Positions 42,013 to 51,859 of a stretch of DNA of 64,000 nucleotides are shown here, piece after piece. Origin of the DNA: Opitutales bacterium. GTDB taxonomy: Bacteria; Verrucomicrobiota; Verrucomicrobiia; Opitutales; PNEW01. The stretch spans positions 160,001-224,000 of the forward strand of contig CBDANS010000005.1 of NCBI GenBank assembly GCA_965197745.1, given 5' to 3'. Every line of letters starts with the position of its first letter. Positions within the stretch are counted from its first letter, which is position 1. Under the pieces are notes generated by a model that saw nothing but the letters and a program-made list of their open reading frames with translations, was not told the origin of the DNA and did no database searches. Made by a program: the position numbers and the translations under genes.

Positions 42013-43500
42013 TCAGAGACTGGGTCTTCCCCAGATAGTCAGTTCCCTCGATCCCTCAGGACCACCCATGGACAAACTGGCAATAGCTCCGACAATAAAA
42101 CTTATGCCAAAACTGAATGGAAAATAATAAATGAAGTGTACCTCCAGACCGTTTATTAACCAAAGTATAGCGGGGATGTTGACAACTGTACCGACGATCC
42201 ATCCGCGTAAGGTGGCACGCTTCATTAAAATTCCCAGAAGAAAAAGACTCAAAATAGGACCGGTGAACAGGCTGGTTAAGATGCTGGCTGCTTTTAAAAT
42301 ATGCCCAATCGAGGATACGAAACAGGCAATAGTGACCGCTAAAGCACCAAGGCCGAAAGTCAGAATGCGCGCCAATTTAACATCCATGTGCTCATCGGCT
42401 TCATGGCTCCTTAACGGTTTGACAAAGTCGTTAACGATAACTGTAGACACGGAGTTAATGCCAGAATCCATACTTGACATTGCTGCTGCTAAAATGGCGG
42501 TGATAAGGAGACCCGAAACACCATTCGGCATTTGTTGAATAATATAATACGGAAGTAATTTATCACCTTCAATGCCTGCCGATAGTTGATCGGGAAAATG
42601 TTGAAAATAGGCAAGCATACCGAGCCCCAAGAAGGTCAATAAACTCACCATGATCAAAGTAATGAGCGAATTAATCCATGTCGCTTTGACCATACCAAGA
42701 AAGTTTTTAGTCGATAAAAGCCTTTGCACCGTAACCTGATCGGTTCCAAAATCCTGCAGCGCGGTGATAAAAGATGTAATAGCCAATGCGAGAAGAGACA
42801 TTTCAAAGAGATTTATTTTCCAACTGAAAACATCCAGTTTACCCGACGCATGTGCCACCTCGATAATCCCAGTCCAACCTTCGGGGACATTAAGGAGTAA
42901 GCTTAACCCTATCCAGATGGCGCCACCGACAAGAATTACAAATTGCAAAGCGTCCGTCCACACGACAGCGGAGAGCCCGCCCAGCACCGTGTAGGTTGTT
43001 GCGAGAAGCCCCATGAGGATGATAGCCAGGTATAAGTTGATATCGGTAACTACTGATAGGGCAAGGGCAGGTGAGTAGATGACAACTCCCAACCAGCTTA
43101 ACCGCTGGAGGATAAATAAGCCGGAAGCTACGTATCTTCCCAGCGGGCCATAACGCCGGCCAACGTATTCGTAAGAAGTAGTAACATTGAGTTTTCGATA
43201 AAAGGGATAAAATAATAAGATCAGGAAGGGGGCGGCAACGACATACATAACCCCCAATGCAATAAAGGAGATGTTCTCCATATAGGCCATGCCGGGAAGA
43301 GCCATATAGGAAGCGGCACTGGCAAGCGAGACATACATACTAATGGCTACGATGAACCAGGGCATCCGACGTCCGGCGAGGAAATAATCTTCAGTAGTTT
43401 TTTGTTTTTTCGCGAAACTAACCCCAATGCCAAACATGACCCCAAGATAGATAATACAAATACTGTAATTCAGGGTGCCAAATGATGATGCTTCCTGCAT
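42013..43500 (-). CDS. sodium:solute symporter
   Basis: DYFLAGRRMPW, YTVLGGLSAVVWTD, DQVTVQR, AAAMSSMDSGINS. Confidence 0.93.
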   Translation of the reverse strand: MQEASSFGTLNYSICIIYLGVMFGIGVSFAKKQKTTEDYFLAGRRMPWFIVAISMYVSLASAASYMALPGMAYMENISFIALGVMYVVAAPFLILLFYPFYRKLNVTTSYEYVGRRYGPLGRYVASGLFILQRLSWLGVVIYSPALALSVVTDINLYLAIILMGLLATTYTVLGGLSAVVWTDALQFVILVGGAIWIGLSLLLNVPEGWTGIIEVAHASGKLDVFSWKINLFEMSLLALAITSFITALQDFGTDQVTVQRLLSTKNFLGMVKATWINSLITLIMVSLLTFLGLGMLAYFQHFPDQLSAGIEGDKLLPYYIIQQMPNGVSGLLITAILAAAMSSMDSGINSVSTVIVNDFVKPLRSHEADEHMDVKLARILTFGLGALAVTIACFVSSIGHILKAASILTSLFTGPILSLFLLGILMKRATLRGWIVGTVVNIPAILWLINGLEVHFIYYFPFSFGISFIVGAIASLSMGGPEGSRELTIWGRPSL

Positions 43501-43741
43501 AGGCGAAATCTAATTTTCTGATGGTAAAATAATAATAATCCACAAAGTGCTTATTTATTATAAGAATTCAAGAGGATTATTTTTGATGAAAATGAAGCTT
43601 GAACACTCATTGCAGATAAAACTTGTAGATAATGATATGATTTTAGAAATTAAGTTTATTCTAGAGAGTGAACAGCTTATGAACAAAGCAACGGATATTA
43701 TGACCTCTGTAAATTTAAAGATGAAATAAAGGATAACTTTA

Positions 43742-44539
43742 ATGGCAAAGATAAATTATGAGTATATGCTTCCACACGAAATTTTAGCTGCGCGCAATGC
43801 TAAACCGCTGGCTTATTTGCCGCTTGGGCCCATCGAATGGCATGGGGTACACAATCCAGTAGGGTTAGATGCGCTTAAAGCTAAATCGCTATGTGAACTG
43901 GCCGCTGAGAGGGGTGGGGGTATTGTCATGCCACCTCTCTGGTGGGGTGAACATCGAGAGATTCAATTGCTGGAAGCGAATCCTGCGACACGGGCATCCG
44001 CTGCGAAAAAAATGGGATTGGCGCCAGAAGATTTTACCTTCGGTTCGATGGGTGGCAGGACCGTTGAAGAGCAGGCCCATTTTTATAATGATCTTTTATT
44101 TCATATCTATCACCAATTAGCTAATTTAGGGTTTAAAGCGATTTTTGTCATGTGCGGGCATGGACCGCTTCCCTTATATGCGAATTTTACAGCTGAAGTT
44201 TTTATGCGTAAAAGCCCCGTTCGTGTTTTTGCGACGAGTGAAGCGGCGCTCGTATCTGACAAAGTCAAAGAACTTGATTGCCCAGTCGAAGATGGTGAGG
44301 AGTGGGGAGGGGATCACGCTGGGAAATGGGAGACATCTCTTCTTATGGCCCTATATCCGGATCTTGTAGATTTATCACTTCTACCCAAAGGAGAAGATGC
44401 TGAACTTATCGGCATCATGGGTGAAGATCCTCGGCAATCTAATCTGGATTTCGGGAGACGGGCCGTAGAGGCAATCATCAATGCCATGATTGATAAAAGC
44501 GATACCTTAATAGAGGAAGCAAATACCTTTCAGTCTTAG
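43742..44539 (+). CDS. creatininase-family amidohydrolase
   Basis: PLGPIEWHGVHNPVGLD, CGHG, DHAGKWETS. Confidence 0.88.
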   Translation: MAKINYEYMLPHEILAARNAKPLAYLPLGPIEWHGVHNPVGLDALKAKSLCELAAERGGGIVMPPLWWGEHREIQLLEANPATRASAAKKMGLAPEDFTFGSMGGRTVEEQAHFYNDLLFHIYHQLANLGFKAIFVMCGHGPLPLYANFTAEVFMRKSPVRVFATSEAALVSDKVKELDCPVEDGEEWGGDHAGKWETSLLMALYPDLVDLSLLPKGEDAELIGIMGEDPRQSNLDFGRRAVEAIINAMIDKSDTLIEEANTFQS

Positions 44540-44658
44540 GGTCATTTCAGCTATAGCTGAGAGTCACCTTTCGCGTCTATTCTGCATTTGATTCCAGGGT
44601 TGGTCTTGCAAGAATAGGGATCTGCATTAGATTAGGGGGTCGGATTTTGTCTCTCTCT

Positions 44659-46614
44659 ATGGTGGTGAAAAAGCTTCTATCATTAATTATCTGTATCGCT
44701 TTCAGTCTCTCGCTATGGGCCGAGCCTGAGGATCTCGAGTTCTTTATCGATTTTGAAAATATTGCTGCTTCAGATGATTTCAGCATAGGTGAACCGGACA
44801 CAAGTGTCCATTTCTTTGGGTTTAAGTTGCAAACTGTAGATGATCCTAGCCTCGCCCGTTCAGGGACAAAAGCGATAACGCTGGAGGAAGGGGAAGAAGG
44901 GATTATCCAATTTGACCGAGGCATTAATCTTTTGCAGTTTTATGCAGTTGAGACCACTGGTGCAGGTCGGATCGAACTCCGAGACAAAAATGCATTTCAT
45001 TTGCATCCATTGGGCCTGGTTGTGGATCTGCCACGCAGCATTGATACGATTACGAATTCAGCTTTACAGCGCTTTGTCGCATTCAGTGGTGATATAGAGG
45101 ATCTTCAGGATCTGAACTTTACCAACGGTATTAAGGAAATAAAAATAAAAAATGTCTCGGGATTATTTGTTCTCGATGATCTCGGATTTTCCCATGTTAT
45201 TGGACCACCGAATAATACCGTGTTTGAAGATTTTGAAGTATTAACTAATAATACTATATATAAGAACCCAGAAAACTTCAAAATTGGACAATCCCCTGTT
45301 ACCGCTACTTTTACGGGTGGTATTGCAAAAAGTGTTCTCGATAGACAATCATCAAATTTAACTCCCTTTAATCATACCTATCCTGTCGCCTTAAATTTCC
45401 TCGCTGAAGCAGCATGGGTAATCCCCAATGGAAAGACGGGAACTATTATTTTTGAAACACCCGCAGCCCAGGTTCAGTTTTACGCCGCGCTTTTCATTCT
45501 CGGTGACGGGATAATTGAGGTATTCGATTCCAATGATAATTTCCTTACGAGGCGAACGGATATTCCGCGTAGTATCTCTATTGAATCGGAAGTCCCGTTT
45601 ACGTTTATCGATTTAAATGCGGAGGAATTAGGTGCTCCCGGGGGTATAGGAAAAATCACCTATACTAATACCCCGCTACAGACGCCAGCTACGGGTTTTG
45701 ATTCTATCACCATAGACGATATTGGGTTTACTCCTATCGCTCAACCGTTCCTTGGACGTGAATCGGTAGTGGAGCCCGATGATCTGATCATTGAAGGTTC
45801 AGGAGAAATTGTTGGGACTAATATCTTACACCCCAATGGGAATATTTTTGATCAGATACTGCTCTCCGGTGATCGAGTGAAAGTCCGTGCAGACGTAAAC
45901 CAGATATCACGCGTATCTTTCCTGGACGTAAACGATGATATCGTGCAGGTTGAATTTTCCGGTAGTGGTTTGATGACAGTGACAATAGACCCTGAATCTT
46001 ACAAACCTCCTTCCATACCGTTGAAATACAATCAGGAGATTAAATATGTTAAGGGGAGTCCTCGCATTATGATTGAAGGAGCTGACGCAAGTACTTTTAT
46101 CAGCATTTTTACGGTCGGCAGGATCAATGCCGTTGACCAGAGTTTATTTCCTCAAGGTGTCGAGTATGACGCCGTAGCGGATGTATCCTTGTTAGAGGTG
46201 TTCAACTCATTCAGCATGGGAGGCATTCAATGTGCCAATGCGCGTTTTACGGCAAGCAGTGGTAAGGTGGGAATTGATGCCCGCGATGTACCCATAGCAG
46301 TGCGCTTAACAGTGGGAGATATCGATGCTTTAGGTAATGCCGTCCCCTACCTGATAATTGGTGCTGATTCATTCAAGATCAGGGCGGCTAATCCTGGTTT
46401 AAGGGTAACCGGAGGGGACCTTCAGCAAAGCAATGGAGTGCCCATAATTGTGGCGCCAGGAAGCTCGATCGTGTCGGGTTTCGAGACCTTAATATCACAG
46501 AACAATTTTAAATCTGATAATACATCTCAGCCCACTCAAAATATAAGCGCTTCTTTCATCAATGAAGATGGGGAGGATGTTTTCTTTATAGTGATAGAAA
46601 CAACTGTTAATTAG
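44659..46614 (+). CDS. secreted modular protein, paralog P2 (no Ig-like domain)
   Basis: Signal peptide (..SLWA-EP); two xDFE...DDxGF repeat domains and the shared HPNGNIFDQILL...QNNFKSDNT C-terminal domain. Confidence 0.85.
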   Translation: MVVKKLLSLIICIAFSLSLWAEPEDLEFFIDFENIAASDDFSIGEPDTSVHFFGFKLQTVDDPSLARSGTKAITLEEGEEGIIQFDRGINLLQFYAVETTGAGRIELRDKNAFHLHPLGLVVDLPRSIDTITNSALQRFVAFSGDIEDLQDLNFTNGIKEIKIKNVSGLFVLDDLGFSHVIGPPNNTVFEDFEVLTNNTIYKNPENFKIGQSPVTATFTGGIAKSVLDRQSSNLTPFNHTYPVALNFLAEAAWVIPNGKTGTIIFETPAAQVQFYAALFILGDGIIEVFDSNDNFLTRRTDIPRSISIESEVPFTFIDLNAEELGAPGGIGKITYTNTPLQTPATGFDSITIDDIGFTPIAQPFLGRESVVEPDDLIIEGSGEIVGTNILHPNGNIFDQILLSGDRVKVRADVNQISRVSFLDVNDDIVQVEFSGSGLMTVTIDPESYKPPSIPLKYNQEIKYVKGSPRIMIEGADASTFISIFTVGRINAVDQSLFPQGVEYDAVADVSLLEVFNSFSMGGIQCANARFTASSGKVGIDARDVPIAVRLTVGDIDALGNAVPYLIIGADSFKIRAANPGLRVTGGDLQQSNGVPIIVAPGSSIVSGFETLISQNNFKSDNTSQPTQNISASFINEDGEDVFFIVIETTVN

Positions 46615-46696
46615 ATTGATTTTAACAGGATTAACTTATCATTCCTTCCCTGATTGCGGGATCCTTTAGCCTTGAAGCAGAGTCAATACTTGATGG

Positions 46697-47158
46697 CTAT
46701 AATTCTAAAATAAATGCGTATCGATTGCCTGCGAGACGTTGAAAAAGACCCGTGCTCAGGTCGCCATCATCTATGGTGTCATCAATCTGTTGCATTTGAA
46801 TGATTCCAAGATTGCTATTTAACAGGCTGATAGCAGCTGTAATTCCAAAAACACCGACATCCCAATCCCAACTGCCTCCCACCGGGGTGGATTCCGTCCA
46901 TACCGTATTACCGAGGTAATCATTCATGCCGTTAGGAATAACCGCCGGACCAACATCAGGCGGGTAGCTTCCCTCGGTTTGGGCATATTGTTCAAATCCA
47001 CCGGTAAATACCCGCCAGTTGTTTATAAGATATTTATTTTGCGCAGATTCGCGCGTCTTCCTCAGATATGGAATGGCGATGGTCGCCAGGATCCCGATAA
47101 TAATTACCACGATCATCGTTTCCACTAAGGTAAAAGCTCTGGATTTTGGGATTCTCAT
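46697..47158 (-). CDS. type IV pilin/pseudopilin-like protein
   Basis: Class III signal AFTLVE + hydrophobic helix; TPVGGSWDWD; IDDGDLSTG. Confidence 0.85.
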   Translation of the reverse strand: MRIPKSRAFTLVETMIVVIIIGILATIAIPYLRKTRESAQNKYLINNWRVFTGGFEQYAQTEGSYPPDVGPAVIPNGMNDYLGNTVWTESTPVGGSWDWDVGVFGITAAISLLNSNLGIIQMQQIDDTIDDGDLSTGLFQRLAGNRYAFILEL

Positions 47159-47187
47159 TCGCTCTAGGTTAAAATGTAAAATTAAAA

Positions 47188-48110
47188 TTATATAGATTTA
47201 AAATAGGCTCTGTTCCCTGTTAAATCATACCCCCCTGAGATTTTATTATTTTCATCATCCGATATAACTTTAAAATTGTATCCATTTTCAATATTCACTT
47301 CGGTCATAGATTTCCACACCAGGTATTGTTCTTCTTCACTCATGTCCTCCAAACCTTCGATTGGTAGATCTGAATAAAATCGATAGCGAGCTATTCTAAA
47401 GGGTTTTTCTTCAATCTTATTGATTTCTAAACGCTTCGCCTAGCCCAGTTTAAAAATTCTGGCTCGCTGATAGAAAACTCATATACATCAGTTAAGCGGT
47501 CTTTGTAATAAGAGATATTATTTGCCGATTTAGGCAGCCAATCAACGGAATCTACATTTTCCGCATAATCATAGTTATTATAGAAATATATATGGTATAT
47601 GATATTGCCCGAGATTATTAATACGACCACTGCGATAAGCACAAACCAATCATATTTCGGGTTGGCCACCGCTTCACGCATATCTTCAAGAACGGATGAT
47701 TTATTTTCAGGACGAGATACTTTTTTTTGTTCCAGTTTATAGGATTGAAATTGTTCAACGGGCTCGGGTAAGTCTTCATTTTCATTTTCATTTTCATTTT
47801 TATCTTCAATTTCATCTTCTTGATCTATGGCTAATCGCTCTACAAACCCGCCATTTTCAATGGCACTTTCAGCATCATATATATTAAAAAAATACCCGTT
47901 AATTTCACTCTTGTCATCCTCAGTCGCGGTATGGGCCGCGTACATCATTACGGTACTGAAGGTTTCCCCTTTAGGGACTTCATAGGGCTCTATTCTGGTC
48001 TTCTCGATATCCGACGCACTGATGTATTTTTCAGCCTTAGCCCTGCTGCTGAATGCACTTATTGCTTTATCGTTTCCGTTGGAATTCGCGATGACGATAT
48101 AAAAAGTCAT
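47188..48110 (-). pseudogene. membrane-anchored hypothetical protein with a 1-nt frameshift near 47440
   Basis: After ...FLNWAR the alternate frame gives KRLEINKIEEKPFRIARYRF...NIENGY...GGYDLTGNRAYFKSI*, colinear with the C-terminus of 48691..49200; span is 923 nt (3n-1). Confidence 0.8.
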
Positions 48111-48199
48111 GAGTTTATGTAATTAGAACTCATATTAACTCTCTTGTCAAAAATTCTTAAGTGCAAAATGACTCACTGCGTAATGGTGATTGACAGTTA

Positions 48200-48661
48200 T
48201 TATTTATCCATAATCAAACAATACCGAGTGGCGCCGACACGCTGAAAAATGCCAAGGCTCAAATCACCATCGTCTATGACAAAATCTATGTTCTGCATCT
48301 GCAATATCCCAAGATTCGCATCGACTAAACTGACCCCCGCATTAATGCCAAATCCGTCCACATCCCAGTCCCAATTACCACCCATCGGGGTCGTTTCCTT
48401 CCAGATAGTATTACTTAAATATTCAGCCATTCCGTTAGGAACGATTCCACGATTTGCATCAGGAGGGTAATCCCCTTGTGCCTTGGCGTACTGTTCATAG
48501 GCATCAGAAAATACACGCCAATTATTTATGAGATAACTATTCTGGGCAGATTCACGAACACTTCGAAAATAAGGCACGGCGAGCGTAGCGAGTAATCCGA
48601 TTACCGCTATTAGAACCATAATTTCAACTATTGTGAACGCTTTGTGACGAGAACTGTACAT
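48200..48661 (-). CDS. type IV pilin/pseudopilin-like protein (paralog of 46697..47158)
   Basis: AFTIVE prepilin motif; RESAQN-YLINNWRVF; TPMGGNWDWD; same 153-aa length. Confidence 0.85.
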   Translation of the reverse strand: MYSSRHKAFTIVEIMVLIAVIGLLATLAVPYFRSVRESAQNSYLINNWRVFSDAYEQYAKAQGDYPPDANRGIVPNGMAEYLSNTIWKETTPMGGNWDWDVDGFGINAGVSLVDANLGILQMQNIDFVIDDGDLSLGIFQRVGATRYCLIMDK

Positions 48662-48690
48662 TTTGTCTGAACTGCGTATTTCGAATTATA

Positions 48691-49200
48691 TTATAATGAC
48701 TTATAATAAACTTTTCCCGCTTCTGCATCATAGCTTCCTGAATTATTATTTTCATTAGCATCGGGATCCCCTTCAAAGAAATAACCATTATTGATGAAAA
48801 CCTTATTTTGAGACATCCACTCCTGATAGCTTTCTGTTTCACTCAAGTTTTCATGATCGTCGTTAGGAGCATCAATGAAGAAGCTATATCTGGCCACCGC
48901 GATAGGCCCTTCTTCTATTTTTTCATACTTTAGATCCTTTTCCCTGGCCCATAATAAAAAATCAGTTTCGCCAATAGAAAATTCGTATACATAGGATTGG
49001 TCGCGTTTATAATATGAAATATTCTTAGCTGACTGGGGCAGCCAATCTACCGTTTCTAAATTTTCTGCAATTTCATATCGGTTGTAATAAAAGGTATGAT
49101 AAATTACATTGCCACCGGCTATTAATAGGATCAGCGCGACAAGAAAAATTTTTTTACAGCCAGGACTGTTCAGATATTCTGTGTTAATGTTCATGTGCAA
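48691..49200 (-). CDS. membrane-anchored hypothetical protein (paralog of C-terminal half of 47188..48110)
   Basis: One TM then AEN...VDWLP-SA-NISYYK...VYEFSI-E--FL-WAR. Confidence 0.75.
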   Translation of the reverse strand: MHMNINTEYLNSPGCKKIFLVALILLIAGGNVIYHTFYYNRYEIAENLETVDWLPQSAKNISYYKRDQSYVYEFSIGETDFLLWAREKDLKYEKIEEGPIAVARYSFFIDAPNDDHENLSETESYQEWMSQNKVFINNGYFFEGDPDANENNNSGSYDAEAGKVYYKSL

Positions 49201-49487
49201 TAAAGTCTGATTGGGAAAAGTAGCGTATAAGATCTATTAATATAATAAATACATCCTGATTAGAAGAATTAAATACCCTAGTTGTGAATTTTTACAATTT
49301 ATTATTAAAAAAGCCAATAATTATATTATGCATTTATTTGTCAATTCATTGCATGGTGAAATGGATATTGGACCTCTATTAGAATGAAATACTCCAGAAT
49401 ATGGTGTCTTATTAAATTAAATGACAACGCTAAATGATCGGACCCCGTTATTCGAACCGTGTATATGAGAGCGTTTACGGCTATGAA

Positions 49488-49711
49488 ACGAGTTGTCGAA
49501 TCCGCTTCGCATCATCCCGATATTATCCTTTTTGCAACAGTGATGGAAGGTCCATTCGCTCAGGTTGTAGCCTCTGCAGACTTCCTTAATCATCTTTGCA
49601 CAGTATCGCTGCGTTCTGTTCTGTTGTGTATTTCTATCTTTTCATTGTGGTTATTCTGTTTGTCCCCATAAACTCACTCAATGAATGATACATATTTTAT
49701 GGGTCACGCCA
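49488..49711 (-). mobile_element. degenerate IS3-family remnant (left end + decayed orfA)
   Basis: End TGGCGTGACC (rc of 49702-49711) matches the IS end at 63457; decayed frames MKR*KYTTEQ..IL / IKEVCRGYNLSEWTFHH / DAKRIRQL. Confidence 0.75.
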
Positions 49712-49728
49712 AAACCGATTAACTAATA

Positions 49729-50424
49729 ATGGAAAATATAATGAGAGTGATAACTAACAGCTTTTCACCCTGTCTATTCTCGGTATACGCACTAATCAAT
49801 AGCGCATTTTTATTGATCGTAATTCCCGGAACAGCTTCAGCTGATTTTATCAAGCCCGTTGTCACTGCAAATAGCGAATTATCTTTTGCCACTTATATGT
49901 ATGACTCAGTCCTTTCTCCCTCAAATGTGGATCTAATTACTGAAAAATGGGAATGTAAAATTGCCCAGGCATCCTTTGACCTGATTGGAGTTGATAACGA
50001 TATTAAAATTTCAGTGCGACACAAGATTGCGCCGCATTCAGGTGAGGTTGCACCTGGATCTTTAAATACGCTGTTAATTTTAAACGTTGATCGCAGGGAT
50101 GAATTGGATCCCCATAAATTTTATTTAGGGGTTCCTGTGATTGGAGACCATCAAAATGGAAGCCACAGAGATTTGATCAGGGCAAAATACGAACCCATTT
50201 ACAGCAAAAACTTTCTTTATTCGATATTTATACGGAGAGCATCAAGATTATCAATTGTTCTTGATCACGGTGAAAATGATAAGCAACCGACACCCCTCGT
50301 AACACCAACAAGTGGTTCAAGTATTATTATTGTGCGTTGGTGGCCTGTTTCCCTCACCTGTGCAGCGATTGCCGTGATCGCCATAGGGGTGTTCGTTTTA
50401 CAACGGAAAAAACGGCGAAATTAA
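49729..50424 (+). CDS. exported hypothetical protein with C-terminal TM anchor and basic tail
   Basis: Signal-like ...GTASA-DF; P/T/S linker QPTPLVTPTSGSS; TM followed by QRKKRRN. Confidence 0.7.
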   Translation: MENIMRVITNSFSPCLFSVYALINSAFLLIVIPGTASADFIKPVVTANSELSFATYMYDSVLSPSNVDLITEKWECKIAQASFDLIGVDNDIKISVRHKIAPHSGEVAPGSLNTLLILNVDRRDELDPHKFYLGVPVIGDHQNGSHRDLIRAKYEPIYSKNFLYSIFIRRASRLSIVLDHGENDKQPTPLVTPTSGSSIIIVRWWPVSLTCAAIAVIAIGVFVLQRKKRRN

Positions 50425-50561
50425 TAAAGGGGGGGTGATGCGGGTTAAACGTTCGTTTTATTTTATTATAAAATCTGCTTACTATTCTTTAAAATTCTAC
50501 TCCGCATATGTCATCCAAATTATCTAACCATAAAAAATTGTTAAGTTGTTGATCATTAAAA

Positions 50562-50590
50562 TGGTGGTGGGAACAGGATTCGAACCTGTG
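50562..50590 (-). other. tRNA 3'-end fragment (probably tRNA-Tyr), putative att site
   Basis: rc = CACAGGTTCGAATCCTGTTCCCACCACCA (T-arm, acceptor 3' strand, CCA); no anticodon/D arm upstream; about 105 nt before the integrase. Confidence 0.8.
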
Positions 50591-50694
50591 ATTACAATGC
50601 GGTGAATATTTAGTGCCGTATTCCGCTTAATTTAAGCATTTAAACAATCTACGTCATTCTTGACACTCCACGTTATTGTAATATTAATTGTAAT

Positions 50695-51846
50695 ATGGCT
50701 TCGTTAAGAAAGGTTCCCAATTCTAAATATTGGATTGCCTGTTACACCGATCACACCGGTAAGCAGAGGCAGAAAAGCACCAAGGAGACAGACAGGCGAA
50801 GAGCGCAGAAGATAGCGGATAAACTCGAGTCAGCATATCAGCAAACATTAACTGAAGCCCAGGTAAGGAAATTGCTTTCTGAAGCCTATGAAGATATACA
50901 TGGCGATCGCCTATTTACTGCATCAGCAGAAGAATTTTTTTCACAGTGGCTTGAGAAAAAAGATGTAGAAACCGCACCTGCAACCTTGCGTCGCTACCAG
51001 AGCGTTATAAAAAGATTCCTAAATGCCATTGGCGAAAAACGGGATAAAGATCTCGTTTTTATCACGATCAATGATTTGACTCAATACCGTGATCATATAG
51101 CAAGAGAATTAAGTATATCGAGTGCCAATACACATTTAAAAATTATTCGGGCCGCGTTGCAGGATGCCCTGCGCCGAGGTTTGATTGAATCCAATCCTGC
51201 GGCACTAGTTCCTGTAATAAAACGCAAAAGTGGAACTGCAAACGAAAGACGGGCCTTCACCTTACCGGAGTTAAGAAAAATACTCGAAGTCGCTAATTTT
51301 GAATGGCAGGGGATCATACTTACCGGTATTTACACCGGACAGAGACTCGGTGATATAGCACGCCTGACATGGAATTCCGTGGACGTGCGCAGGGAAGAAA
51401 TAGCACTCACTACCAGTAAAACGGGCCGACGCATTATTTTGCCCATGGCAAAACTATTATTGGAGTATTACTTGTCATTACCTGCTCAGGATAATTTAGA
51501 GAGTCCTGTATTTCCGGGCGCTTTTGCAATTACGCATAAACAGGGACGCACTGGATCATTATCAAATCAATTTTATTCCATTCTTGTAAGTGCGGGGCTG
51601 GCTCCTCCACGGTCACATGATGCCTCGAGAAATGGACGTGACGGAAAACGCAAGGGCAATGCTTTATCATTCCATTGCTTAAGGCACACGGCGACAAGTT
51701 TGTTAAAAAATGCGGGGGTTTCCGAAGCAGTAGCGATGGACATCATCGGGCATGATTCTAAAGCTATCAGCGCAAATTATACCCATATAGAGGCCTCAAC
51801 TAAGCGGAAGGCCCTAAATGCTCTTCCAGATATTACAAGTCAGTAG
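50695..51846 (+). CDS. tyrosine recombinase/phage-type integrase
   Basis: YTGQRLGD (R), SKT (K), FHCLRHT (HxxR), IIGH, NYTH (Y). Confidence 0.95.
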   Translation: MASLRKVPNSKYWIACYTDHTGKQRQKSTKETDRRRAQKIADKLESAYQQTLTEAQVRKLLSEAYEDIHGDRLFTASAEEFFSQWLEKKDVETAPATLRRYQSVIKRFLNAIGEKRDKDLVFITINDLTQYRDHIARELSISSANTHLKIIRAALQDALRRGLIESNPAALVPVIKRKSGTANERRAFTLPELRKILEVANFEWQGIILTGIYTGQRLGDIARLTWNSVDVRREEIALTTSKTGRRIILPMAKLLLEYYLSLPAQDNLESPVFPGAFAITHKQGRTGSLSNQFYSILVSAGLAPPRSHDASRNGRDGKRKGNALSFHCLRHTATSLLKNAGVSEAVAMDIIGHDSKAISANYTHIEASTKRKALNALPDITSQ

Positions 51847-51859
51847 CGTATTACTTTAC

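Noticed and set aside
49459..49671. 70-aa plus-strand ORF
   Set aside because: It is the antisense shadow of the decayed IS3 orfA.
50562..50590. Intact tRNA gene
   Set aside because: Only the T-arm and acceptor 3' strand are present; adjacent sequence cannot form anticodon or D arms.
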